Below are positions 1 to 10,800 of a stretch of 64,000 nucleotides of DNA, piece after piece. The stretch covers positions 99,726-163,725 of the forward strand of contig CBINHN010000004.1 in assembly GCA_966250485.1 (NCBI GenBank), read 5' to 3'. Position 1 is the stretch's first letter. Each line of letters starts with the position of its first letter. The translations under genes and the position numbers were made by a program. Origin of the DNA: an uncultured Sorangium sp. (GTDB lineage Bacteria > Myxococcota_A > Polyangia > Polyangiales > Polyangiaceae). The notes beneath the pieces were generated by a model. It worked only from the letters and a program-made list of their open reading frames with translations. It was not told where the DNA came from and ran no database searches.

Positions 1-900
1 CTCCTCCAGCAGCTCGTCCACCTGTCCGCTGTGTGACGCAACGTCCACCTTCACCAATCGGCAAAATATCCCCTCCTCCTCCAATCGTCCCTTCAGCTCC
101 TGTATCGCTTCACTCTCGCCCGATACCACCGTCGATCGCCGGCTGTTCGAGACTCCAATCGACACCGCTCCACCGTACTCCTTCAACCGCTCGCACAGCT
201 CCTCCGTCGTCTGCTCCACCACCGCCATGCTCCCTCGACCGCTCACTCGCTTCAGCAAGCGGCTCCTCACGCAGATCACTCGCGCACCATCCTCCAAACT
301 CAACTTCCCGCTCACCACTGCAGCCGCCACTTCCCCCATGCTGTGGCCAACTACACCTTCCGGCTCCACTCCATAGCTCCGCCAAACCTCCGTCAGGCTC
401 ACTCCCAGACCGAACAACACCGGCTGGATGACGTCGATACCCTCCCACTTCCCTCTCCTCAGCTCCTCACTCAGCGACCACTCCACGTACGGCCTAAACG
501 CCGCTTCACAACGCTCGATCGCCTCCCGAAATACTCCCTCTCTCTCGTACAACGTCCGCCCCATCCCGCCCCATTGCGACCCTTGTCCAGGGTACACGAA
601 CACCAACTTCCCGCTCTCCCCACTCTCCTCTCCTGCTCCTCCCTCTCGCCAACTCACTAGCTTCCCAAGCAGCTCCTCCCCCCTAAAGCCTACTACCGCC
701 TTCCGCTTCTCGTGCTGCGTCCGCCGTCGCGCCGACGTGTAACATACGTCCCTCACCTCTCGCTCGCTCAACCCTCCCCTCAACAGCTCCTCATAACACT
801 TCCCTAGCTCTCGCAGCGCTCCCTCGCTACGACCAGACATCAACAAGATCTGCGCTCTCCCTATCCGATCCTCTCCCTCAACACTCTCCTCAGGCGCCTC
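1..900. repeat. Copy A of a 900-bp or longer near-perfect direct repeat (KS-AT linker plus AT domain); partner 5529-6428
   Basis: The offset is 5528. Four pairs of track ORFs give identical translations (33..431 = 5561..5959; 110..448 = 5638..5976; 343..660 = 5871..6188; 428..742 = 5956..6270). By eye I found one mismatch (about 856 t vs 6384 a, Arg vs Ser). Identity stops at 900/6428. The left end is cut by the window edge. Confidence 0.93.
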
Positions 901-2283
901 TTCGACGACGACGTGGGCGTTGGTGCCGCTCAAGCCAAACGAGCTCAGGGCCGCCATCCGCGGCGCGTCGCCTGCCGGCCAAGGCACGAGCTCCGTCGGG
1001 AGGAAGAAGCGCGAGCCCTCCAGCGTGATGCGCGGATTCACCTGACGCAGATGTAGATTCGGCGGGATCGCTCCGTGGCGCAGCGCTAACAAGATCTTGA
1101 TGAGCCCAGCCATGCCAGCCGCCGACTCGAGGTGGCCAACGTTCGTCTTCACCGAGCCGAGCGCGCAGCGCGCAACGGCGTCGCTGCTACCGTAGACCTC
1201 CGAGAGCGCGGAGAACTCGATGGGATCGCCCAGCGGTGTGCCCGTGCCGTGTGTCTCGATGAACGATACGCGCGCTGGCGAAACGCCCGCGGCCGTGAGC
1301 GCCTGACGCAACACCGCCTGCTGCGCGAGCGCGTTCGGCGCCGTCAAACCGTTGGAGCGACCGTCCTGGTTCACGGCCGAGCCGCGGATCACGCCCCAGA
1401 TTGGATCTCCGTCCCGCTGCGCGTCCGAGAGACGCTTCAAAATGACGACGCCGCAGCCTTCGCCACGAACGAAGCCGTTCGCCTGCGCGTCGAAGCTCTT
1501 GCAGCGGCCGTCGGGCGCCAGCGCGTAGAGCTTGGAGATCACCAGGCTCGTCAGCGGGGAAATGATGGCGTTGGTACCCGCGGCGATCGCCAGCGTGCTC
1601 TCGCCGCGCCGCAAGCTCGCGCACGCGAGATGCAGCGCAACGAGCGACGAGGAACACACCGTGTCCACGACCATCGCGGGACCCTGCAGGTCCAACCAAT
1701 ACGCGATCCGCCCAGCCGCCAGGCTGTTGCTGTTGCCGGTGCAGGCGTACGCATCGGCGCTAGCCACGTCCGAGAACTGCAGCGCCGCGTAGTCTCCGTT
1801 GTAGATGCCGACGAACACCCCAACGGGCTTACCGGCGAGCTCGTACGGCCGCTGCCCCGCGTTCTCCAGGGCCTCCCAGGTAACCTCGAGCAGCAAGCGT
1901 TGTTGGGGATCCATCGCGCTCGCCTCGCGCGGTGAGATATTGAAAAAAGCCGCGTCGAAGCGATCGATGCCGTCGATGAATCCGCCCCAACGCGCGCTGG
2001 CGGCCACAGGATTGGCCGGATCGAGCCGGGCAAGGAGCTCCGGCTCCCAGCGCTCCTTCGGAGCTTCTCGAATGGCGTCGCGACCCTCCCGCAGCAGCTG
2101 CCAAAACGCGTCGGTATCCGGCGCCCCGGGAAAGCGGCAGCTCACGCCGACGACGGCGATCGGCTCGTTCCCGGCTTGCTCTAGGGCGCGCAGCTGTCCC
2201 TTCAGAGTTTGAATCGCGACAAGCGCGCGCTTGATGGGCGACAACTCGTCGTCGTGGGCGGGAGTGTTGGTCGGCGTTTCCAT
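1..2283 (-). CDS. Type I modular polyketide synthase, 5' part only (N-terminal docking helix, KS, KS-AT linker, start of AT); continues beyond the left edge
   Basis: Absent from the ORF track because it has no stop in the window. The ATG at 2283..2281 overlaps the TGA of the upstream PKS (TGATG). My reverse translation reads [61 protein letters not shown]. The KS active site is [15 protein letters not shown] (about nt 1640-1690). The frame appears open to nt 1 (761 codons). Nt 1-900 are in frame and near-identical to the linker plus AT of the next gene (5529-6428), including GHSMGE and VDVASHS. Confidence 0.9.
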   Translation of the reverse strand, partial: METPTNTPAHDDELSPIKRALVAIQTLKGQLRALEQAGNEPIAVVGVSCRFPGAPDTDAFWQLLREGRDAIREAPKERWEPELLARLDPANPVAASARWGGFIDGIDRFDAAFFNISPREASAMDPQQRLLLEVTWEALENAGQRPYELAGKPVGVFVGIYNGDYAALQFSDVASADAYACTGNSNSLAAGRIAYWLDLQGPAMVVDTVCSSSLVALHLACASLRRGESTLAIAAGTNAIISPLTSLVISKLYALAPDGRCKSFDAQANGFVRGEGCGVVILKRLSDAQRDGDPIWGVIRGSAVNQDGRSNGLTAPNALAQQAVLRQALTAAGVSPARVSFIETHGTGTPLGDPIEFSALSEVYGSSDAVARCALGSVKTNVGHLESAAGMAGLIKILLALRHGAIPPNLHLRQVNPRITLEGSRFFLPTELVPWPAGDAPRMAALSSFGLSGTNAHVVVEEAPEESVEGEDRIGRAQILLMSGRSEGALRELGKCYEELLRGGLSEREVRDVCYTSARRRTQHEKRKAVVGFRGEELLGKLVSWREGGAGEESGESGKLVFVYPGQGSQWGGMGRTLYEREGVFREAIERCEAAFRPYVEWSLSEELRRGKWEGIDVIQPVLFGLGVSLTEVWRSYGVEPEGVVGHSMGEVAAAVVSGKLSLEDGARVICVRSRLLKRVSGRGSMAVVEQTTEELCERLKEYGGAVSIGVSNSRRSTVVSGESEAIQELKGRLEEEGIFCRLVKVDVASHSGQVDELLEE

Positions 2284-5200
2284 CAGGCCAGCCCGTCCAC
2301 CGCCGCCAACTCGCGAAGCAGCAACGCCTCGGCGTCGGTCTCGGAGATGCCGCGCACGTCCACGCGCTCCGCCGCGCTCGAGGTAGGCGTGGCGATGGGC
2401 GCGCTGGGCTCAGCTTGGCGTGGCTCGAAATCCAGCTTGCCCAGCAGGTAGCTCGCCAGGTTGACGACGTTCGAGTAGCTCCACACGAGGATTGCGGGCA
2501 GGCTGAGGCCGAGCGAGCCCTCGAGGCGGTTTCGGATTTCGAGCCCCATCAGCGAATCCAGGCCGAGCGAGGAGAAGGGCGTCTTGCGGTCCAGGCGCGC
2601 GGCGTCGAGCCGCAACACCTCAGCGATTTGCCGGCGCAGATACGCTTCGAGCAGCGCCGGGCGTTGTTCGGGGTTCGCGGCTGCGAGCTGGCGCCGGAGC
2701 TCGCCGGCGCGCTCGCTGGACCGCGGCTTCGGCTTGCTCGCGTCCATGGCGCTCAGGAGCGGCGTGCGCGAAGCGCTCAAAAAGAATTCGCGCCACTGGC
2801 GCACATCGAGCGGCAGCACGGCGATCTGATGCTCGCTGCGACGAAGCAGGCGCCCGAAGACTTCGAGCGCCTGCGCGGGAGGCAGGCTTCGTACGCCCCG
2901 ATTGCCGAAGCGTTCGCCGGGTCCGCGGGTCGCGGCGCGGCCCACTTCGGACCACGGTCCCCAATTGACGCTCACGGCAGGCAAGCCAAGGTTACGGCGA
3001 TACGCCGCGAAAGAGTCGAGAAACGCGCTCGCAGCAGCGTAGTTGGCCTGCCCGGGCGAGCCGAGGACCGATACGGCAGACGAGAACAGCACGAAGAAGT
3101 CGAGCGGCAGCTCAGCCGTAAGCTCGTGCAGATTCCACGTGCCGCGCAGCTTGGCGCGGAACACGTGTTCGAAGCGGGCAGCGGTTTGCTGCAATAGAAT
3201 GCCGTCATCGAGCGACACCGCGGCGTGGACGACTCCGCGCAGCGGCGGCAAATCACGGGCGATTTCGGCGAGCGCGCCGCGGAGAGCTTCCGCGTCGCCG
3301 ACGTCGGCGCGCACGACGCGCACGCCGGGGATCTCCGCCAGCGCGGCGCGCGCCGCTGGCGACGGTTCGCCGCGTCCGAGCAGCACGAGGTGCTGTGCAC
3401 CGTTCTCATTCATCCAGCGCGCGAGCGTGAGCCCGAGGCCGCCGAGCCCACCGGTGATGAGGTACGTCGCGTCGGCGCGGAACGAGGCTCGCGGCGTCTG
3501 GCGGTCGCTGACCGGCGCGGGTACGAGGCGCGCTACCCATCGCCTCGAGCCGCGCAGCGCGACTTGGTCCTCCTCCGTGGCAGCCGAGAGTTCCGCGAAC
3601 AGCGCGGCGCGCTCCTGCTCGTCGGGGACGCGGCTCGTGTCGACACGCGTCACCTGGAATTCGGGGTGCTCGTGCAGCAGAGAGCGACAGAATCCCCAGA
3701 GCGGAGCGGACTCGATGGCGGGCGGCTCCGCGGCGTTCAGCGCTTGCGCACCGCACGTTACTACGATGAGGCGCGGTGGGTTTCGCAGCGCGAGTCGCGT
3801 CAGCGCTTGGACCAGGAACAGCAACGCGAGCACGCCTCGAGATTGGGCCCGCTCGACCGCTTCGAGCGTCAGCGACTCGGCGTTGCGCGCGCCCCACGCA
3901 AACACGATTGTGCTGCACGGCGCGTGTTGATCGGCAAAGACGCGCGCCAGGCACTCACCGTACTGCCGAGGATCTTCGGGATCGATGGTGAAGTGAGCGG
4001 GGTCTAGGATTTGGAAGCGGGATCCAGGGCTGACGATGCACGGCGCTGGACCGGCGCTGCCGAGCTCTTCGGCGAGCGCTGGAGCGAGCAGGTCGTCGGC
4101 GAAGAGCAGCCAGCGCCCGGGGCTCGGCGCGCTCGCCGCGCGAGGCCTCGGTCGCTCTTGCCACTCGAAGCGGTAAAGCCAGCTATCCAGCTCGTCACGC
4201 ACTCCGGGCAACGTACCGGCGCTCAGCCGCTTCAACGCCAGCCCTTGCACCTCCGCCATCACCTCGCCGGCGTCGTCCAGCAGTCGTACCGTCCCTTGCA
4301 CCACCTCGCCTTCGCTCACCGCCATTCGCACGTGCGCCCAGCACGACCCTCCTGCCGCCCGCGCAGCAATCACCTTCTCCACTTGCGCCGGCAGGCGCAG
4401 CTCGCCGCTGCTCTCCTGCTCCAGCGCCGCTCCTATTACTTGAAAGCTTGCGTCCAGAAGCGCTGGGTGCAGCACGTAGCGCTCCGCTGCGCCGGCCGCC
4501 TCCGGCAGCTGCACCCGGCCGAGCGCCTCGCGCTCTCCTCGATACAGCTCCTGCAGCCCGCGAAAGCTCACGCCGTACTCCAACCCCTGCTGCGACAGCC
4601 GCTCGTAATACTCTTCGACGTCCAGCGCCTCGGCGCAGCGCGCTCGCACCGCCGATAGCGGCTCGGCGCTCTCAGGCTGCGCCGCGCTCAGCTTCAGCTC
4701 GCCCTTCGCGTGCACGCTCCAGCTTCGCGCTTCACCCGCCTCTCGGCTCGCGACGCTGAAGCTCCCAGCGCTCTCGCTACGCCGCGTCACCACCACTTGC
4801 ACGCGCCGCCGCTCTCCTTCTTTCAGCACCAGCGCTTGCTCGAAGCTCACCTCGGCCAGCTCCACTGCTTCGCCGAATACTTCCCGTCCTGCCGCCAAAC
4901 CCAGCTCCAGGTACCCCGCTCCGGGCACCACCACCATGCCCTGCACTCGGTGATCCGAAAGGTACCTCACGCTCCCCGCGCTCAGCTCCCGCTCGAAAAA
5001 ACACGTCCCTTCCAGCGATGACTCCAGCTTCCCTCCCAATAACGGGTGCCCGCTCGCTGCTACGCCTGCTCCGCCCGCCGACTCCCAAGGCTTGCTCTCC
5101 GTCTCTACCCAGTACCGCTCGCGCTGAAACGGGTACCGCGGCAGCTCCACCACTCGCCCGCCACCGTAAACTCTCTCCCACTTTATCTCTCGCCCGGCTT

Positions 5201-7805
5201 CATACAGCGCTCCCAGACCCTCCAAAATCGTACTCTCCTCCTCCGCTTCTCGTCTCATCGACGCGACCACCACTGCTTTGCCACCTCGTTCCCTGATCAC
5301 CTCCTCGATCGCTCCCTGCAATATCGGGTGCCCGCTCACCTCCACGTAGCTCCCATATCCACCTTCCCACAGCCGCTCCACCGTCTGACCGAACATCACA
5401 GGCTCTCGAAGGTTTCTCACCCAGTACTTCCCTCCCAGCTCCTCTCCTCTCAACTCCCTCCCTTCTACCGTCGAGTAAAACGGCACCTGACCCGCTCTCC
5501 CTTCCACCCCCTTCAGCTCCGCTGCCAGCTCCTCCAGCAGCTCGTCCACCTGTCCGCTGTGTGACGCAACGTCCACCTTCACCAATCGGCAAAATATCCC
5601 CTCCTCCTCCAATCGTCCCTTCAGCTCCTGTATCGCTTCACTCTCGCCCGATACCACCGTCGATCGCCGGCTGTTCGAGACTCCAATCGACACCGCTCCA
5701 CCGTACTCCTTCAACCGCTCGCACAGCTCCTCCGTCGTCTGCTCCACCACCGCCATGCTCCCTCGACCGCTCACTCGCTTCAGCAAGCGGCTCCTCACGC
5801 AGATCACTCGCGCACCATCCTCCAAACTCAACTTCCCGCTCACCACTGCAGCCGCCACTTCCCCCATGCTGTGGCCAACTACACCTTCCGGCTCCACTCC
5901 ATAGCTCCGCCAAACCTCCGTCAGGCTCACTCCCAGACCGAACAACACCGGCTGGATGACGTCGATACCCTCCCACTTCCCTCTCCTCAGCTCCTCACTC
6001 AGCGACCACTCCACGTACGGCCTAAACGCCGCTTCACAACGCTCGATCGCCTCCCGAAATACTCCCTCTCTCTCGTACAACGTCCGCCCCATCCCGCCCC
6101 ATTGCGACCCTTGTCCAGGGTACACGAACACCAACTTCCCGCTCTCCCCACTCTCCTCTCCTGCTCCTCCCTCTCGCCAACTCACTAGCTTCCCAAGCAG
6201 CTCCTCCCCCCTAAAGCCTACTACCGCCTTCCGCTTCTCGTGCTGCGTCCGCCGTCGCGCCGACGTGTAACATACGTCCCTCACCTCTCGCTCGCTCAAC
6301 CCTCCCCTCAACAGCTCCTCATAACACTTCCCTAGCTCTCGCAGCGCTCCCTCGCTACGACCAGACATCAACAAGATCTGCGCACTCCCTATCCGATCCT
6401 CTCCCTCAACACTCTCCTCAGGCGCCTCCTGCAGGATCGCGTGGCCATTCGTCCCGCCCATCCCGAACGAGCTCACCGCCGCCAGCAAGGGTTGATCGCG
6501 AGGCTGCCAGTCTTCTGCGCTCGTCGGGATCGAGAACGGGACGCCACCTAGGCTGATATTGGGGTTGAGCTCGCGAAAATGCAGGTGGGGCGGGATCACA
6601 CGGTGGCGCAGCGCGAGCGCGACCTTCATCACGCCCGCGATGCCCGCTGCGGCCTCCAGGTGACCGACGTTCGTCTTCACCGAACCGAGCGCGCAGCGCT
6701 GCTCCGGGGTACGGCCGCGACCGTACTGATCGACCAGCGCCTCGACCTCGATGGGATCGCCCAACGAGGTGCCCGTGCCATGAGCTTCGATGTACGAGAT
6801 CTGCGACGGCGCGACGTGCGCGCGCTCGATCGCCTGCCGTATCACGGCCTTCTGCGCCAAGACATTGGGCGCGGACAGGCCGTTGGAGCGGCCGTCTTGG
6901 TTGACGGCCGAGCCGCGGATCACCGCCCAGATTGGATCGCCGTCCCGCCGCGCGTCCGACAGCCGCTTCAAAACGACGACGCCGCAGCCCTCACTCCGGA
7001 CGTATCCGTCCGCCCGCGCGTCGAAGGTCTTGCAGCGCCCGTCGGGCGCCATCAGGCGTGATTTGCAGACCGCGACCATCGGCTGCGGCATTAGAATGAC
7101 GTTCACGCCGCCGGCCAGCGCTGCGTCGCACTCGCCCGCGCGCAAACTCTGACAGGCGAGGTGCAACGCGACCATCGACGACGAGCACGCGGTGTCCACG
7201 GCGAGGCTCGGGCCGCGTAGATCGAGCAGGTAAGAGAGCCGGTTCGCCACGATGCTGAACGCGCTGCCGGCGGTGGCGTAGACGTCGATTTTTTCGAGAT
7301 CTCCCAGCTGAAACCAAGCGTAGTCGCTGGTGCAGATGCCGACGAACACACCCGTGCGGCTGCCCGCCAGTCGCTCCGGCGGAAGCCCAGCGTTCTCGAG
7401 CGCGTGCCAGCTGACCTCGAGCAGCAAGCGTTGTTGCGGATCCATCGCGCTGGCCTCGCGCGGCGACACGCCGAAGAACGTCGCGTCGAAACGATCGATG
7501 TGATCCAAGAAGCCGCCCCAACGCGTGTACGTCTTGCCGGGCGCTTCGGGGTCCGGATCGAAGAGCGCCGCGGAATCCCAACGATCGCGCGGGATCTCGC
7601 CGATCGCGTCACGTCCGTCGCGGAGTGCCGCCCAGAACTCCTCTGGACCGTTGATGTTGCCGGGAAAGCGGCAGCCCATCCCGACGATAGCGATCGGCTC
7701 GGACTGCTGCCGCCTCAGCGCTTCGAGCTGGCTGTTGAGATCGAGAGCGAGCAACGCGACCCGCTTGGGCGGCAGCTTCGTTACCTGTTCGAGAAATGAT
7801 TCCAT
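2283..7805 (-). CDS. Type I PKS, one module: KS-AT-DH-KR-ACP
   Basis: Track ORF 2283..7940. I trimmed the start to the ATG at 7805 ([30 protein letters not shown]), because the upstream PKS ORF ends at 7813. Motifs: [27 protein letters not shown]; AT GHSMGE plus VDVASHS; [35 protein letters not shown]; [23 protein letters not shown]; [13 protein letters not shown]. Approximate nt spans: KS 6426-7697, AT 5166-6131, DH 4206-5051, KR 2946-3473, ACP 2436-2678. Confidence 0.95.
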   Translation of the reverse strand: MESFLEQVTKLPPKRVALLALDLNSQLEALRRQQSEPIAIVGMGCRFPGNINGPEEFWAALRDGRDAIGEIPRDRWDSAALFDPDPEAPGKTYTRWGGFLDHIDRFDATFFGVSPREASAMDPQQRLLLEVSWHALENAGLPPERLAGSRTGVFVGICTSDYAWFQLGDLEKIDVYATAGSAFSIVANRLSYLLDLRGPSLAVDTACSSSMVALHLACQSLRAGECDAALAGGVNVILMPQPMVAVCKSRLMAPDGRCKTFDARADGYVRSEGCGVVVLKRLSDARRDGDPIWAVIRGSAVNQDGRSNGLSAPNVLAQKAVIRQAIERAHVAPSQISYIEAHGTGTSLGDPIEVEALVDQYGRGRTPEQRCALGSVKTNVGHLEAAAGIAGVMKVALALRHRVIPPHLHFRELNPNISLGGVPFSIPTSAEDWQPRDQPLLAAVSSFGMGGTNGHAILQEAPEESVEGEDRIGSAQILLMSGRSEGALRELGKCYEELLRGGLSEREVRDVCYTSARRRTQHEKRKAVVGFRGEELLGKLVSWREGGAGEESGESGKLVFVYPGQGSQWGGMGRTLYEREGVFREAIERCEAAFRPYVEWSLSEELRRGKWEGIDVIQPVLFGLGVSLTEVWRSYGVEPEGVVGHSMGEVAAAVVSGKLSLEDGARVICVRSRLLKRVSGRGSMAVVEQTTEELCERLKEYGGAVSIGVSNSRRSTVVSGESEAIQELKGRLEEEGIFCRLVKVDVASHSGQVDELLEELAAELKGVEGRAGQVPFYSTVEGRELRGEELGGKYWVRNLREPVMFGQTVERLWEGGYGSYVEVSGHPILQGAIEEVIRERGGKAVVVASMRREAEEESTILEGLGALYEAGREIKWERVYGGGRVVELPRYPFQRERYWVETESKPWESAGGAGVAASGHPLLGGKLESSLEGTCFFERELSAGSVRYLSDHRVQGMVVVPGAGYLELGLAAGREVFGEAVELAEVSFEQALVLKEGERRRVQVVVTRRSESAGSFSVASREAGEARSWSVHAKGELKLSAAQPESAEPLSAVRARCAEALDVEEYYERLSQQGLEYGVSFRGLQELYRGEREALGRVQLPEAAGAAERYVLHPALLDASFQVIGAALEQESSGELRLPAQVEKVIAARAAGGSCWAHVRMAVSEGEVVQGTVRLLDDAGEVMAEVQGLALKRLSAGTLPGVRDELDSWLYRFEWQERPRPRAASAPSPGRWLLFADDLLAPALAEELGSAGPAPCIVSPGSRFQILDPAHFTIDPEDPRQYGECLARVFADQHAPCSTIVFAWGARNAESLTLEAVERAQSRGVLALLFLVQALTRLALRNPPRLIVVTCGAQALNAAEPPAIESAPLWGFCRSLLHEHPEFQVTRVDTSRVPDEQERAALFAELSAATEEDQVALRGSRRWVARLVPAPVSDRQTPRASFRADATYLITGGLGGLGLTLARWMNENGAQHLVLLGRGEPSPAARAALAEIPGVRVVRADVGDAEALRGALAEIARDLPPLRGVVHAAVSLDDGILLQQTAARFEHVFRAKLRGTWNLHELTAELPLDFFVLFSSAVSVLGSPGQANYAAASAFLDSFAAYRRNLGLPAVSVNWGPWSEVGRAATRGPGERFGNRGVRSLPPAQALEVFGRLLRRSEHQIAVLPLDVRQWREFFLSASRTPLLSAMDASKPKPRSSERAGELRRQLAAANPEQRPALLEAYLRRQIAEVLRLDAARLDRKTPFSSLGLDSLMGLEIRNRLEGSLGLSLPAILVWSYSNVVNLASYLLGKLDFEPRQAEPSAPIATPTSSAAERVDVRGISETDAEALLLRELAAVDGLA
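5529..6428. repeat. Copy B of the near-perfect linker plus AT repeat; partner 1-900
   Basis: Evidence as for copy A. The boundary at 6428 is the first base of the codon for Glu505 in [14 protein letters not shown], the last residues of the KS. Confidence 0.93.
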
Positions 7806-7812
7806 CAAAGGA

Positions 7813-10800
7813 TCAACCCTTCTGCCCGAAGTTCGCGAGAAAGAGCTGCTCGACCTGCTCGTCGCTGAGCTCGTTGATTCGCGCCAACGCCGCGTCAGCG
7901 CCCGCGGCCACCTCCACAGCGCTGGTCGCGGGCGCGTCATCCAGCACCGCTGCGACCTCCAAACCCAGCTTTTCCAGCAGGTGGCGAGCGAGCGCCGTCA
8001 CCGTCGGATGAGCCCACACCAGAGTTGCAGGCAAGCTGAGCGCCAGCCCGACCTCCAGGCGATTTCTAAGCTCCAGGGCCATTAGCGAGTCCAGCCCCAG
8101 CGTGTTGAACGGCGCGCTATTCGCGATGCGTGCCTCCGGCAAGCGCAGCACGCGCGCGAGCTCCTCGCGCAAGTAGCCCTCCAGCGCTGCGACGCGCTCC
8201 GTGGCCGCGCTGCTGCGTAGTCGATTGCGGACCTGCCCCTCGGATTCGGCGAGGCTGCCCCCCGCGACGTCGGCCAATAGAACTCGCAGAAAGGGCGTCT
8301 TGGCGAGCTTGGGAAAGAACTGACACCACTGCCGCGTATCGAAGGCCATGATGGCGAGGCCAGAACGCTCGCTGGCCAGCGCTCGCTCGAGCGCCGCGAG
8401 GCCCTGCGCCGCGCTCAGCGCCGCGAGTCCACGCGCCGCGAAGCGCTCGCTGCGGCTAGCATCAGCGACCAAACCAGTGTCCGAGAAGGGCCCCCAATTG
8501 ACGCTGAGCGCGGGCAATGCGCGCGCTCGGCGCTGCGCGGCCAGCGCATCGAGAAACGCGTTGGCTGCGGCGTAGTTGGCCTGCCCTGCCGAACCCAGCA
8601 GCGCAGCAGCGGAAGAGTACAGCACGAAAAAATCGAGCGGCGCTGCGCGCGTGACGCGAGCCAAGACGAAGGCGCCATTGAGCTTGGCGGTGTTGACCTT
8701 CTGAAAATGAGCGCGGCTCTGCTTGAGCAGCGTTGCGTCCGCGAGCACGCCCGCGGCGTGAATCACGCCGCGCAGTGAGCGACCGCTGTCTGCCAAGCCC
8801 CGTACCACGCGCGTGAGCTCCGGCTCCGACGCGACGTCGAAGCATTCGACGTCGACCCGAGCGCCTTCCGCTCTCAAGCTGGCGATGGCGGACTCCGCGC
8901 TGGCAGATGGCTGCCTGCGTCCGACCAGAACCAGGTGGCGAGCGCCGCGCCGCACCAGCCAGCGCGCGGCCGCCAAACCGAGCCCGCCCAGACCGCCCGT
9001 GATGAGGTAGCTCGCCTCCGAGGACAAGGCGGAGGCCGTCGATGGCCGCCGCAGGCGTGCCTCTGGATCGCGCACGTTCAGCACGATCTTTCCGATGTGC
9101 TGAGCGTTGGCCATGAACCGAAACGCGTCGCTGACACGGGAGATCGGGAAGCTCGTGGTGGGGAGCGGCTCGAAGCTCTCCTCCTCGAACAACGAGACTA
9201 CCTCGCGGAGCAACGCGCCCGCCGCGGCCGGCCGCTCCGCGGTGAGCGTCGCGATGTCGATGGCGACGTAAGACAGTCCACGCTTGAACGGCGCGAGGGG
9301 CAGCCGCGAGTTCTCGAAGATCTCCTTCTTTCCGATCTCGAGGAAGCGCCCGAACGGCGCGAGCAGCTCCAGGCTCTTGATCATCGCCGTATCCGTGAGC
9401 GCGTTCAACACGACGTCGACGCCCTGACCTGCGCTGTCGCGCAGCGTCTGCGCGACGAAATCGAGAGAGCGCGAATCCATGACGTGGCGCACGCCGAGCG
9501 CGCGCAGGTATTCACGCTTCTGCTCGGAGCCGGCGGTTGCAAAGACCTCCGCGCCCACGCGCTGCGCTAGGCGCAGCGCCGCGAGCCCAGTGCCGCCCGC
9601 GGCGGAGTGGATCAGGACGCGCTCTCCGGCGCCGAGACGCCCGGCTTGGCACAGCGCGGCGTACGCTGTCATGAAGCAGCCGGCCACACCGGCAGCCTGT
9701 TCCCACGTCAGCCGCGCTGGCTTGCGCACGACCAGCTCGCTGGACGTGATCACGTGGGAGGCGAAGGCGTGCTCCGCGACCGCGATGACCTCGTCGCCCA
9801 GGGCCAGCCCGCGCACTCCGTCTCCGAGGCGGACCACGCGTCCCGAACACTCGAACCCCAGCGGCAAACGATCGCCGCCGCCGGGTCGGAGTCCCATCGC
9901 CGACAGCACGTCCAGGAAGTTCAATCCGGCATACGCGACTTCAATCTCCACCTCTCCAGCCGCGAGACTCCGGGTTTCCGAGGGCGTGAGCTGCAGCCGC
10001 TCGAGCAAGCCCGGCTTGTCGATTTCCAAGCGAAAGCGATGCCCCAGAGCCGCTGTGGTCTCTACGCCGTCCTCCAGCTCGGCGCGCGTGAGCCGCGCCA
10101 CTCGGCGCTCACCGCGTCGCAGGGCAACTTGATCGTCGGCGCCGTCGGCGCAGAGCTCCTCGACCAGGGCGCTGACGTCGCGCGCATCGAGCGTGCCGTC
10201 CTCCACCGCTCCCAGATCGCAGCACGAGCAGCGAAACTCCGGGTGCTCTTGCACGATGACGCGAGCAAGTCCCCAAAGCGGCGCCTGCGCGAGCCCGCCA
10301 ACGCCATCGCCGTCCACGACGCCCATGGCGTCTTGCGTGCAAAGCCAGATCCGCGGCGGGTTGCGCAGTCCGGCCTTGGCCAAGGCCTGCACCATGTGAA
10401 CCACACCGACGCTCCCCACGTCCTGCGCTCGCTCGAGCCCTGGACAATCGAGAGCATCCCCGCGCGGCGCATCCACGCTGGCACAGTGCAGAACGACGCG
10501 CAGCGGCCCGAACGACTGAACGTCCTGCAGCAGCCGACGATGATGTTCCGGATTGAGCGGATCGATCTCGAACTGCCCTGGCTCGATTTGGCGATAATTC
10601 TCCCCGGCCCAGGCCAACACGGGCGACCCGCCGCGAGCCTCTAGCGTGCGCGCCAGACCCCGCGCCAGGCCGCGCCTGTCGGCCAGGAGCAACCAAGCAC
10701 CTTCGATGCCGCCGCTCGCCGGCGAAGCGCTGCCTGCTTCGGAGCGCTGCGCCTGGAGCATCGAAAGCGGCTCCGCCTGCCACGCCCGCTCGAACAGCCA

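Noticed and set aside
8479-9012. The KR of the fully reducing module at 7813..14487 has LAD instead of LDD, which might signal unusual stereochemistry.
   Set aside because: The module also has DH and ER, so the KR-derived hydroxyl stereocentre is erased. A single conservative change in this motif is not informative on its own.
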